Below, one piece after another: positions 1-11,662 of a stretch of DNA of 37,811 bases. The DNA is from Catajapyx aquilonaris (Eukaryota). The translations under genes were made by a program, and so were the position numbers. Location: positions 1-37,811 of the forward strand of contig KZ538976.1 of assembly GCA_000934665.2 (NCBI GenBank). The letters are read 5' to 3'. How positions within the stretch are numbered: position 1 is the stretch's first letter; each line of letters begins with the position of its first letter. Below the pieces are notes generated by a model, which saw nothing but the letters and a program-made list of their open reading frames with translations, was not told the origin of the DNA and searched no databases.

Positions 1-99
1 GCCCGATCGCACCAGTGGCGCCGCCAGTGGCTGGACCCACTTCAGCATTCTACCGTATCGATGAAGTCTGGCCACCATACCCTGTTTATACATCTTGCT

Positions 100-166
100 C
101 CTGCAGTTGAGGCCTTGATACGATGATACCTGTCCACGGACAGGCCGTTCTGTATAACACTTTTTT
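100..166 (-). mobile_element. Short fragment of the same long-TIR family
   Basis: tgcagttgaggccttgatac...ctgtccacggacaggccgttct...actttttt resembles the reverse complement of about 21496-21558. Confidence 0.5.
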
Positions 167-3100
167 AGACGAGAATTAAGCAAATTCCAGTATTATAAGT
201 GGCCTACCCTTAACTCTCAACCGCCCAATTTGCAAAAAATGTGATAATGAGCCGTGAAATGGACCGTCCTCTTATGTTAAAGAGCGGACGAAACTCTAGT
301 CGGAAGAATCCCTCCTGAAACAGGAATAAGAAAATATCGGGTTCCTTCTCAACTGACTTGGCCATCCTTTTTCGAAAAGCAGCTTTTTGCCAGTAATCCG
401 ATCTCTCAGACTGGCATTGCAAACCTCTCCAATTATTCTGCTCCAGAGAAGCTCATGTCCTCATCTTGTTAGCTCTCAAACTTTAAACTCTAGTTACATT
501 TGCTGCCATGCAATATTGAGAAAGCGAGTTTCTTTTCAACTATCAATAGGCTATACTGGGGCCAATTTTTCGAGACATGTGCAGTAATATTAATTCAGGT
601 CATTTTGTCCACAGGGTAATACATTCAAGAGGCTTAACTTTGAGCACGAAACACGAAAGGTGCAAATGGCATAGTCTGTTGTGAGTTCGTGACACGACTT
701 TTCTCTAGAAACCCAGTAGAAACCGGTCTTTTCTCTGTGGATTTTAAAATGCAGTGTGGGCTGGTTTGGATGCACTTTTTCACTCTGCCCAATAGTATAG
801 GGGGGGAAGGAACGGAACTCACTTTCTATGGAAGGCTATAGAATTTCAAACTCCAGGAATTTGCCTCGGGCTGAAATATTTGCAAATGCTGCTTGCATTT
901 TCCACCTTTTTTGTGCTACTCTAAAATTCGCTGACTGTACACGATTACGCTTTTTGTTCGCAGTTTTTTTTTTGCTACTAATGCATAATGTGTAAGTGGC
1001 TGTGCTGAGCGAAATTACTGAAAATAACGCTTTTTTGTGATGTGATATTTTTATCGGTAGTTACTACGAATCTGCCAACCTATGTTCAGAAAAAAATTAT
1101 TATTATTTAAATACAGTAATTATAAAATGTAAGCCCAATTTTAAAACTGTATAACCTCTGAAAATAGGAAACGTAGGTAATTTCTTTGGTAATCCGGTCT
1201 CCTGATGAATCTCGACAAGTTTTAGAGCCTCTCATTCATTTGCACAGAAATTCCCTTGCGAAGTAATTTTGCTCGACTTATGAAAGAGGATTTGAGATCT
1301 GAACAGAAGGTTTGTGAGAGCAGAGGTTGGTTCTGCATATATATATAAAAAAAGAGTCAGTGGCAAGGGAGGAAAAGGAAAAGGTGAAATTAGGGAAAGA
1401 ATAGGACTGTAGATTGTAAGGAATTGCATACAGAGCTTTCCCTTCCCTGGCTTCATTCTTGAGAGCAATGAGAGGAGAGGGATGGGGGAGAAGGGCATAA
1501 CCTTTTGGCCAAATTGAATTAACAATCGATTCTGCAAATAGTATTCGCAGAAGCAGCAGGCGAGGCAAGGGCTGAGCAAGGGAGGGAATAAGGTGAAGAC
1601 ATTGCATGCTTCTGGAGCTTGCATGATGAGATCCGGATTCAATTAGACCGCTTGGAGAGGGCGACTGAATACATTGTTGGAGTTCCTTGCGCTTTGGAGA
1701 AAATCACGTCCGAAGGGGTATGACAGGGTGCTGTATAATTTAAAGACAGGCTGGTACTGAGGGGAAAGGCTATTAGGAGAATTTGGTTCCTACGGGAGTG
1801 TGTAGCCGTTTGTTTTGCCCAAATGTGCCCGGAGTCAGCTGGCAACATCGCACCGTTTACGTCACGACAAATCAGATCCGTCCTGCCGTTCCCTCCCGAT
1901 CCGTGATTGGCCGGAAAGTCGTTGTGACACTGTTGTCAATTTATGTGAAAAATGGCGCGTGACTGGTTCAAGCGACATCCGACCTGATTTGCAAGTGTTT
2001 GAGAACATGTGTTTGTGTGAGAACAAGGGGCGTGAGTGGACGTTGTAGAACAAGAAACAGATTTCCGCATTTGCTCTCCTGCTTATCATGCGATGTGGCA
2101 TGAGCTTTGGTGAGCAATGACCAACCCTAATTCCACCTCCATTTCCTACCGGAACTTGCGGATATAAATCACTCACTAAGCTCGTTTTTTTGTATGCATA
2201 CGTGGCCAGTGGGCGTAACTATCATTAGCCTCATTTGGAAGAGCCAATTTTTTTTAAAAAAAAGTACCCAATGATTTAAAATTCCGCTTAATTCAATCCC
2301 ATTTGTTAAAAATCCCTCAGCTGGATTTTTCCACAGTGTATCGAGACATAAATTTGTGCCCCATTCTTATCATCTTCGTGCGTTGGAACCGTATTTTACA
2401 TGCCCGAGGGTTGCTTCTCCTTGGCAGCATTGTGTGTATGACAATAGGCAGATAGACCCCAGGGGGTTGCGGTCGTGGAAGGAAGTTCCTCCACCCCCTC
2501 CCCCTCCAAAAAAAATCCTTGAGGGGGGTCATACTCGCCGGGAATCATCTCATAGATCATATCCTATTTTTGCTTCGGACTAGGATTTACAGGTTCGCGG
2601 TTGGACTTCGTGATGGTGTGTTGAAAACTCATAAAGCAAAGGGTGGGCGCGTCAAAAATGGTTTATTAATCCGGGTTCCCGTGTATGTAGCACAGAGGTC
2701 TCTTTGAGAGTCGCAGAATATTAAAGTTCATTATATTGATATGGTTCTGGACACTTGTTGTTTCGGGCGTAGTAAATTAAGTTCACTTTGATGGCGGCTA
2801 ATTAGCATTCTGTTTCGCATCGGATTAAGCAACATGTTGATGTTTATGCTTGGCCGAGTGGGGGCTAAGTTGGTCAAAGGGAGATATTGCACAAAGGAGC
2901 TGACCCTCTCCATGTATAGACTAATTGTTGAGACCATTAAGTGCAGTGTGTGTGCTTGATTGCGTATGAAATAGTAAACTGGACAATGTTTGTACAGTAC
3001 ATATATTTGTTTGTCCCACCTACCTAACCCACTTTCAGACTACTGAGAGTGCTGAAATGTGGCACATTGATGGCTTGCTGATTGCCGTCCGAAAATTGCA

Positions 3101-5381
3101 TTTTTAAAGTCTAAAAACCTAGGTTTTTGCAAACTTTATTTGAGTTCTCATGCGAAGAACGGGTATCCTGCTAGGAGAGAAATAATTTAAAAAAAATGAA
3201 TCGACATGAAGTCAGAAAACCACAAAGTACTTAATAAAGACCTGTACATGAGGTAACAAAAAGTGTTGGTACCAGTGAATATTTCTCTCTTCATTCTGCC
3301 AAATCTTGAGGAGCTATTCCGACAGACAAAGAAGCCTACAAAGGGCTTGAAAAGCTTCTGAATGGCCCTCAATAAATCGACTTTTGCATGGCCTTCAAAG
3401 TAGGGACTTTGATTAAAGAGAAGAGGGAGTCGGGTGATGGAATGGAATAATAAAAAGCTAGGCTCACTTAACAAAAAGGGATGGGGAACGATACCATCCA
3501 AAGAACAGGATGCGTCATCGAGTCGCTTCCATGAGAAAACTGTCTTTGCTTCAGGCCATTTTGAGGACAATCAATTTCCGAGCCTGTTTTTTGGGGGGAG
3601 AAAAAGTTTTGTGATGAGGAAAAATTGAGCGGAGGAAGTCAACATTTCAAAAACGAATTAACTGGAGGCACTTGAATTTTATGCAATTTTTTTTTTGAAG
3701 ATTTGTTGGTCAACAATGCCTACTTAACCAACAGAATCCTCTGCAGTCAGCTTCTTCTGGGGGTTTTTCCAAAATTTTGGTGCACACTGCACAAGAAGAA
3801 TAACATTTGTAAGGTAAGATCTTGATTGTTCCGTCCGTTCTGGACTATTGCCTTTCTACTCTCGTGCCAAAGTGCTAGAAAAACTACTTTCCCGGCAGAA
3901 ACCTTTTTCCTAGACGAGGTAGAAAAATGCTTACTAAGGAAGCGGTTCCAATTCGGTCGGTAGAGCGATAGAAAGAAATGAAAATACATTTTTTCCCATA
4001 TTCTTGTCTTCTCCTGATTGAGATGCAACCCACAGTCTCTGGTTGACAGTGCGCCAGAATATTTATCGATTCTTTTCCAGATTTTTTTTCATTTTTTTTG
4101 TCCAGGTCACCGCTCCTGTCAGAAATTTTCCGGGCCATTTTCATTTGCCACGTCCGGCCTGAAACGTTGCCAAGTCAAAAAAAATGCCCGCCATTTTTTT
4201 TTTATCTCTGCACTTTTTGGAGGAAAAAAAATACACCTCTCCTACTCCACTTTTCGCGGCCATGACAGTTTATAAGGCTTGAATATGGCGGGGATTTCCG
4301 TACGATATATAAGAAAGGAGACGGTATAAAGGCGGTTGGAAAAAGGAGGAAAAAAAGGAACGAGGATAGAGGACGTGAGGGGGAATAGGAATGTCATGTA
4401 TCTTCTTGGTTGCAAATAGATGGCGAAATCTGGGTGCGGAGATATCGGAAAGGCGTGGGGATATCGCACGGAACATATTTTCGCGAACCGTGGCTCAGAA
4501 TTGGGGGGCTCATCGGATATATATATTTTTTGCACTTTAAGGGCTATTAATTCTGAAGAGCCAAACTAGAGGTTAATCTGGTGGGGGTGGTTTATTACTT
4601 GTCTTCTTTTGTAATCCCTTTTGTAATGTGTGCATAGCAGGAAAAACGGAACGAAAAATGAACCGCCGTAAATATTATCAAGTCCATATTTAACAGGCCA
4701 TATTCCTATTAATATAGAAAATTATTAATCATATACAGTCATAATGATCCTATATGATGCTATAAGTTCAAGAAGTCTATATTCGCTTATATGTATTCTG
4801 TTGCAAGTCTGCAAATAAAAGGAGTCAAATTTTTGTGGTATTGCCATGTCAACAATTTAATTTAAAATACTAAAATGTCACGTGAAGTGTATGAGATAAA
4901 AATTTAAAAGTCCACCATATTGCCACTTCCTGGAATGCTTCACTAACATTGTCCCTAAAATGAACCTATATCCCGATTTTCTATAGCGTAATGAAATCCG
5001 GATGCCTAGAGCAACACATAAACAATACGTTAACACGAAACGGTGCAGTAAATCAGTTTCAACACTGACGCCGTGCATGGCTCGTTACTCGTAATTATCC
5101 ACGTTGATTCCGCGTTATTGTCTATCCAATGAGCTATACACGTGGTGACAGTTAATCATATATAGACATGCTGGCCAGACACCTACAGTTCATGTTCTTG
5201 GAAATATTTCCTCGCCCATTACTGAAGGAGCTGACTATTACTGTCCTCTTCTTATTGGTCCAAACACAGTACCGACTACGGCGAACCCTTGAACATTAAT
5301 TAAATGCCAGTTAAATTAGATCAGACCTTTATTACTTTCGCAGGAAAGGCCAAATATCTGCGAGGTCGAATTTTGCAAAAA

Positions 5382-6387
5382 TTACACTGTAGCATCCAGT
5401 ATCATTGCTAGCACCCTAGCTGACAGTTTCCAGATGTCCTTATTCCAGTGAGCAGATTGCTTCCACTGCTTCAGGTTCTTGATGGCAAACTCAACGCACC
5501 TCTTCTCCAGCAACTGGCAGCTGTAGTGTTCCGCCAGTTTAAACTTGGGCTGAAGATTGGCCAGATCCAACCCATGACTGAGGTGACTCTCGCACATTGT
5601 CTTAAGCATCTCAACTCCGTACTTGTCCGCAGCCTGGAGTATCTCCTCGCACAGGGTGCTCATCTTCTCAGGCTCCTTTCCGGAGTAGATGAAGAAGAGA
5701 ACCTCCTGGAGTACCTCTTGAGCGATATCTGCGATGATGACCCTTCCAGTTTGGTTCTCCAGTGTGTCGTGGTTGAGCATCGCTGCGAAGACGGGGCTTC
5801 TGGCTGCCAGAAGGACTCGATGGGCCACTAACTCGCGGCCTTCGGAGCTGACCAAGGTGACGTCGGTGTTGAGTCCGGACTCGTACATCCGGAGAAGGTC
5901 GTCCGACAGCTGAGAGGCGTTGGGGGTGTTGATCAGGTAGTCGATGTCTATCTTCCACTTGAGGCTGATGACCATGGCGTGTTCGTCCATAGTGGCCGCG
6001 AATTTGTCATACAGCATGTCGATGTAGAGGAAGTCCTTGCAGTTCGAGGTGCACTTTGTTATGTTCATGGTTTTGTTCTTAATATCGCCCGTTATTTTCC
6101 ATTCCAACACTGGCTTCAACTGGCCGTTTATGGGGGAGATGTGTGAGAGGTTGGCGATGGCGGATTTGGCTTCGTCGTCGTCGGACGTAGTCAGCAGCCA
6201 TTTTCCTGGGGAGGTGTTGAATTTGCCGATGACAAATTCTGGGGACTGGATGGATTGGTTAGCTGGTATTCCTTGGTGGGATAGTACATCTTCGGTGGTA
6301 AAGCGCCACTGGATGCTATAGGGTGAAATCCTTGTGATTGTTCCGACGGTTAAAAGTGAGGGTTCCATGTTGGTGAATGTCACAAGG
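5382..6387 (-). CDS. SPOP/roadkill-like MATH(divergent)-BTB-BACK protein; main coding exon
   Basis: 333-aa ORF. BTB signature LSDDLLRMYESGLNTDVTLVSSEGRELVAHRVLLAARSPVFAAML...VLFFIYSG...ILQAADKYGVEMLKTMCE, then BACK-like helices. MATH-like N-part (IQWRF...SPEFVIG...KWLL). Acceptor ttttccag ends at 6388; AATAAA on minus at 5333-5328. Start codon uncertain (internal ATG of MEPSLL, or an upstream exon). Confidence 0.85.
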
Positions 6388-7181
6388 CTGGAAAATATTA
6401 AGGGAGAAATGATGAGGTGGCCTCATCGAGTAGGAACAGAATTGAAGACATGATTTTCAGTCATTTTGTCACTTTTTTTAGACGATCAAGTCGGTTTTCT
6501 ACTAGAGAAGCAATAGCTACCGGTAAGTGTTTTGAAGAAATGTGGCTGCAGATAGTAAATTTTGGATTGAAGTGTTCTAAAACAGGTCGAATAATTTCAA
6601 CGACCAATGACAGATAAATACAACCAGCCCATAACTCCAGAACTACCTAAAATTTGCTAAAATTGCTAATATGGCTTACCAATTTTTTTTGCGAATTTTG
6701 TAGGCCTACTTGTCAGAGCTCCGAAGAGAACTGCAGATCAAGGCAATGACAACCGTAACTAACTTGCGAATTAGTTTATGGAATTGTTCCATTGATGACA
6801 CTGTTTACTTCTTTTACTACGCGACGGCATCTCCATGAAAATATGAAAGGGGGGGGGGATTGTTGACTATAACAAAGTGTAGGCCGGCCTGTTACGGAAA
6901 ATGCCCATAGTGGGCATCAACAAACAGAAAAGTACCCTTTTGGAAAACGAGAATTTGGTATGTTTTTTTTTGTTTTGTGGCAACCATTGTTTTACCTTTC
7001 CTCTTTTCAACAAACGACGGAAAAATTGGATTCATCCAATTTTGTACAAAATGTGGGTTAGGCCATTGTTGCCGTACTTTGCAAGAAACCAAGCACCAGT
7101 TTTTATTATTGCCTCTGTATCTGACAGTGTAACAGTTTGACAATCTTGCAGTAAAACTGTCAGTGTTATAACTCTTCGGCG

Positions 7182-8769
7182 TCACTGTATGGTATCCGAA
7201 GGGAAAAATGTGGGCCTCAACTTCATCTCCGTCTTGATCACTGGAATTTTTGAACGACCGCGAGGGTTCCACAACACGCCATTTTCCTGCATGGTTATCG
7301 GACCGTTCAGATTGGACTCGTAGCAGTCCCTGTACCACCATGCACCGATGTGAAGCTTGGCACAACTGCTGGGCCTCTCCAAGCCTGGCTCTTCAGTCCA
7401 CAAGTCGTTGTCTACGTCTTGAGTTGAGAAGGCCATTCCCGAGTGGGACGACAAGGCGTCCTCGGCGTCCCCATTGTGCCCTTCAACCATGAGTCGATAG
7501 TCCTCATCCTCGCTTCCTAATTGGAATCTTTTGTACACCGCCAGGCTCCTGTTGCCGTCAAACCATTCCATTTCGATTCGAAGGGACGTGCTTTTCAGCG
7601 AAGATAAGAAATTGATGTTATCCAGACCTGTGGAAATTGCATGGTATATGGACCTGCGTATTAAATTTAAAAATCATGCAGTACATACCAAGCCAAAATT
7701 CGTCTTCCAAGTACCCAAAGCCATCTTTATAATCAGACCAGAATCGATAGAAGTCCATATCTCCGGAGGTTCTTCTTTGAAATACAGTCCATCCACCACC
7801 GTCAGTATCCATGTCGCAAAAGGCCTGTTAAAATTGGGTTGTTACAAGTGGGCGATATTACGCACATTATTTTAGTCTTACTTCGAAGTCAGTGCCATTC
7901 CGATGAAGGGTGTAAACACCACTGGCGATATTCTTGCCTGATAACATGACCTCAGCGCAGGTTTGGAATTTTAAATCTGAGCACATAGGTGTGTTAATTA
8001 ATGCCAGGAAAAATTAATGGTGCTTTGCTTACCATGAGTCAAGTCTGATTCAGCAAGTGAACATTTTTCGGCCTGACACCAGGAGGAATTTATCGCGTCT
8101 TTTATTTCAGTGATGTGATTGATTAAGTCTTCTTTAGTGAAGCAATGTCTAGCAGAGCTCTGGAAATATAAGTCACAATATTTTGAAATTTGTTCGTAGA
8201 AACACAAGCATTGGTCAGCTCACCATTAACTCGCCATTCAAGTCAGTAAACGGTGCCTCCAAATCATCTGAACTTCTGCAAATAAAAAACCGGTACATTT
8301 TCAAAATTAATTGAATCAAAATGTTACTGACCTTACGATATTACCGTTTCGATCGATGAGAGATGTGTTCTTTGATTTTTTGCACTTCCCTTGCAAGCGA
8401 TGCCATTTGTTTGTTTAGGTGACGAGTCACATCATTTAAGTTATCATTTACTCTATCTAAAGGAGATGTTTTAGAAACAAATACCTTGCAAATAGCGGAC
8501 CACTGAAATAATAAGTCTGACAACTTACCCAGCATGCTGAATTTATCTTGAAAGATGCTTTCAAATGCATTGAGCTTGGATTCAATTGCACTAAATTTTA
8601 GTGATAACATGCTATTCAGCGCTTTGTAAATGTCCGACACAATACTCTCCGAGGCCCTTGGCACTTCCGGTAACGTGATGGCTTCGATAGTGTCATTTTG
8701 ATGCACCGTAACAGAAATACCAGCTACAAAACTGGCAGAGACGATGAAAGCGGCAGTAAAAGTGTGCAT
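7182..8769 (-). CDS. Fibrinogen-related protein FReD1 (signal peptide + coiled-coil + FBG domain; ficolin/tachylectin-5-like), about 7 exons
   Basis: Exons spliced by eye at GT-AG sites: [17 protein letters not shown] (signal) ... [21 protein letters not shown] / [18 protein letters not shown]...[13 protein letters not shown] / LDNINFL...FSTQDVDND...[21 protein letters not shown]...TEMKLRP. An alternative upstream ATG is possible. Confidence 0.9.
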
Positions 8770-9406
8770 GATTTTTGCAAATATGCTCTCATTCATGTGC
8801 CCTAATGACCTTGACTTATGCGCTATCAAGCGGATAGAAAGTGGTGTAATCGCCAGTAAATATTTTTATGAAGGAAACAGATAAAACATGCTCATAGTCA
8901 TCTGCAATATACTGTATAAAAAGGCGTAAAAACCCCGGGACATTATTAAAAGCAAGGTTAAGAGGGGACTATTATTTCTTGTAATTTTGCTTGTGTGTAT
9001 ATTTTGCATTTGTCCCCAATGTGTGAAGCCCTGGTATATTGCATAGTGTAGGCCTACACAAGAACAAGCGATGCAGATTGACATTTTTTGTCGAAAAGAT
9101 GGGACACATCCTGGAATGAAATTGATTTCCTGATTAGAGGGAAGTCGAACCAGGTATACATTTTGAAAAGCAGCTTCCCAGTTTGAACCATTTATTATGC
9201 ACTTAGAAAAATACGAAGTACTGTATTACATTAAAATGAACATGCAGAGAGCATTTTTTAACACACAAAAGGATTAGCAAATGGCCTTTGGACTGTACAG
9301 TGCGTCCTACATCAGCCACATTTGTTACGTATATAAGTACATTATTAATATCACGGGGGTAGTGTCCGTCTGCACAGGTTTACAGCGAGATGAATGAAGG
9401 GACGTA

Positions 9407-9427
9407 CTACGTACGTACGTACGTACG
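9407..9427. repeat. (TACG)n microsatellite
   Basis: tacgtacgtacgtacgtacg. Confidence 0.8.
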
Positions 9428-9634
9428 AACGAGCATAATGAGAAGGGCTTGGACAGAAGTTAGTTCCCAAAAATGTCACTGGAAAAAATGTAGATGCCTC
9501 TTCCTCGAGTATGAGACGTCATTATCTATCGTAACATTAGTGTTCGCATTGCAGAAAAGTCGTAATCAGATTTTTACTGAACTTATTAGATCTTCTCCCC
9601 AAGTTTGTACAATTATGCTCATCACTATCGACGT

Positions 9635-11662
9635 TTAATTTGTGTCGACATGAAATGAGTTTGGTCGCACCTTCATTTCAGTTGTACTGACTTGACTTTT
9701 ACGATACCACGCCGTCTTGTGGTTGTTCCACACCACATGTCCCCCTATCCCATCTAACGGGCCGTTTAGATTCGAATTATAGAAGTAGCTCTGATACCAC
9801 CAAGCGCCGGTGTACAGCTCGGCCAGGTTACCCGGTACGCCGTCATTGTCTCTGTCCCGTGTGCTGAAAGCCCATCCAGAATGCAACGTCAATCCGTCGT
9901 CGTCGTCGCCACTGTAGCCTTCCACCAGAAGGCGATACTTGTCATCTTCTCCTCCGACATAAAACCGACTGTAGAGTGCAGAAGTTCCGTTTCCGTCAAC
10001 ACGTCCTATTTCCACCCGAAGTGATGTTCTTTCTGCTGCAGTTAGCATGTGTATTTTGTCCAGACCTGCAAAGACAAGCGGTTTTATGCAATAGTTGCAG
10101 CCAACGTGTGAGTGACCAACCTAGCCAGTGGTCATCCGTCATATTTCCGAAGCCTTTCTTGAAGTCTGACCAGTATCTGTTGAAGTATAGCTGACCGGAT
10201 GTTCGCCTTTGTAATACGGTCCAGCCTCCTCCGTCAGTTTTCATGTCGCAGTAAGCCTGTGGTATTTATTTAAACTGTTTAAAACTGTCAGAAACGCGTT
10301 TCAGACCGAAGAGCTGGTTGATTAATTACTTTACATTATTTCCTATTATAGCGACAATACCTTACTTAGCTAGGAATATTATAATATACGCTATGTTATA
10401 AGTTACCTTAAATTGATAGCCGTCATGCAATTGTAAGGTGTAAACACCGCTGATGACATTTCCTGCAGTTCTGGCTTCAGCACAATTTCTGAAAATTCTA
10501 CCTAACAAGATTGAAATTTGTGTGTTAGTATTGGAAAACTAAGCAACTTTTCATTCGCTATCTTACTTTCTGGAGTGATACTTTCCACTGCATTATCTGT
10601 AGTAGAGGAGTGAATGCTCTCTTCATCTGGATGATTTGAATGCTGCAACTGTTCCAGTTCTGTATTACTTGGTGCAGCATTGTGGCATTTCCTGGTGATA
10701 TCAGTGTCCTTGACATCCTGAAGAATATAAGCGGCTTCACTGATTTTACTAACACAAGGTCCAATCAAAAAATAATTCCCTCATCCAGGCAGCACATTGT
10801 CTGGAGGAATAGGAAATACTGTTCAATTCTCACCACCAATCTCACCGAGCATTGTGAGTGATAAGTGTTAATTGTGGAATCAGTTTAATTATACATTTAT
10901 ATTTGCATACAGGTGGCAAAAATGATTAGTGGCAATGTGATTAGTATTGATTCCGTCCAATGAAAAGGATTCATTGTCCACACCTCGCCAGGTCAACCTC
11001 CAGCAGATGAGCGAACAGTTTTTGACCAAACTTGAAATAAAATAAACACAGCACCAATATATACTACCTTGTGCATCTCAGAAATGGAAACTGCGATGTT
11101 GCCGAGAATGTCTTCAGTTCTGTACAAAAATTAAAGGTAAATGCCACATTATAAGCTTAATATGCTTTATGGCGTCACAAAATTAGAAAATGTGAAGTGA
11201 AAAGCTATTTCCAATAACAGAAAGCAAACTATAAGTGTGGCGCAACATTGGAAGAACTACGACAAAACATGTGCATACACGTATATGTGTAACTGAAGTT
11301 ATCCTACCTTTCCGAATTTTTCCCCACATCAGAAGCAAGGACTGCTATCTGTTCGGCCAGTTTTTTCAATTCATTCTTTTGCTCAAGTTGACACTGATTC
11401 AGCTTCTCCTCTGGTAAAAATTAATATAAAAGATTAACGACTCATTAATGAAAGTTCAAAAACACTCACCTAATATGTTAATTTTCATGTTAATTTGCGA
11501 TTCCACATCCTTGAATTTGGCTTCCAAGAGTTCCTGCAATGCTCGGTACATTGTTGAATCCTTAACGTCATCAGGATGATCTTTTCGCGACTCATTTTCT
11601 ACACCGCAGATTATGTCCACTAAACAGAAAGCAACAATGAGCTTACCAATATGCGACCACAT
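9635..11662 (-). CDS. Fibrinogen-related protein FReD2 (signal peptide + coiled-coil + linker + FBG domain), multi-exon
   Basis: [20 protein letters not shown] signal at 11662; coiled-coil exons; FBG exons [20 protein letters not shown] / [18 protein letters not shown]...HWLG / LDKIHML...FSTRDRDND...GAWWY...SNLNG...TEMKVRP. Splicing of the middle exons (about 10.7-11.3 kb) is not resolved unambiguously. Confidence 0.85.

Noticed and set aside
4290..4299. NF-kB-like GGGGATTTCC (also GGGGTTTTCC at 34664-34673)
   Set aside because: Isolated 10-mers not clustered at a defined promoter; expected by chance.
210..5078. Many short ORFs in the first 5 kb
   Set aside because: No recognisable domains or consistent splice structure; low-complexity F/L/S/K-rich translations typical of non-coding or decayed TE sequence.
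10740..10805. Apparent frameshift or stop in a FReD2 middle exon
   Set aside because: Alternative downstream acceptors (e.g. tatattcttcag|GAT) restore an open frame; a pseudogene cannot be called without RNA data.
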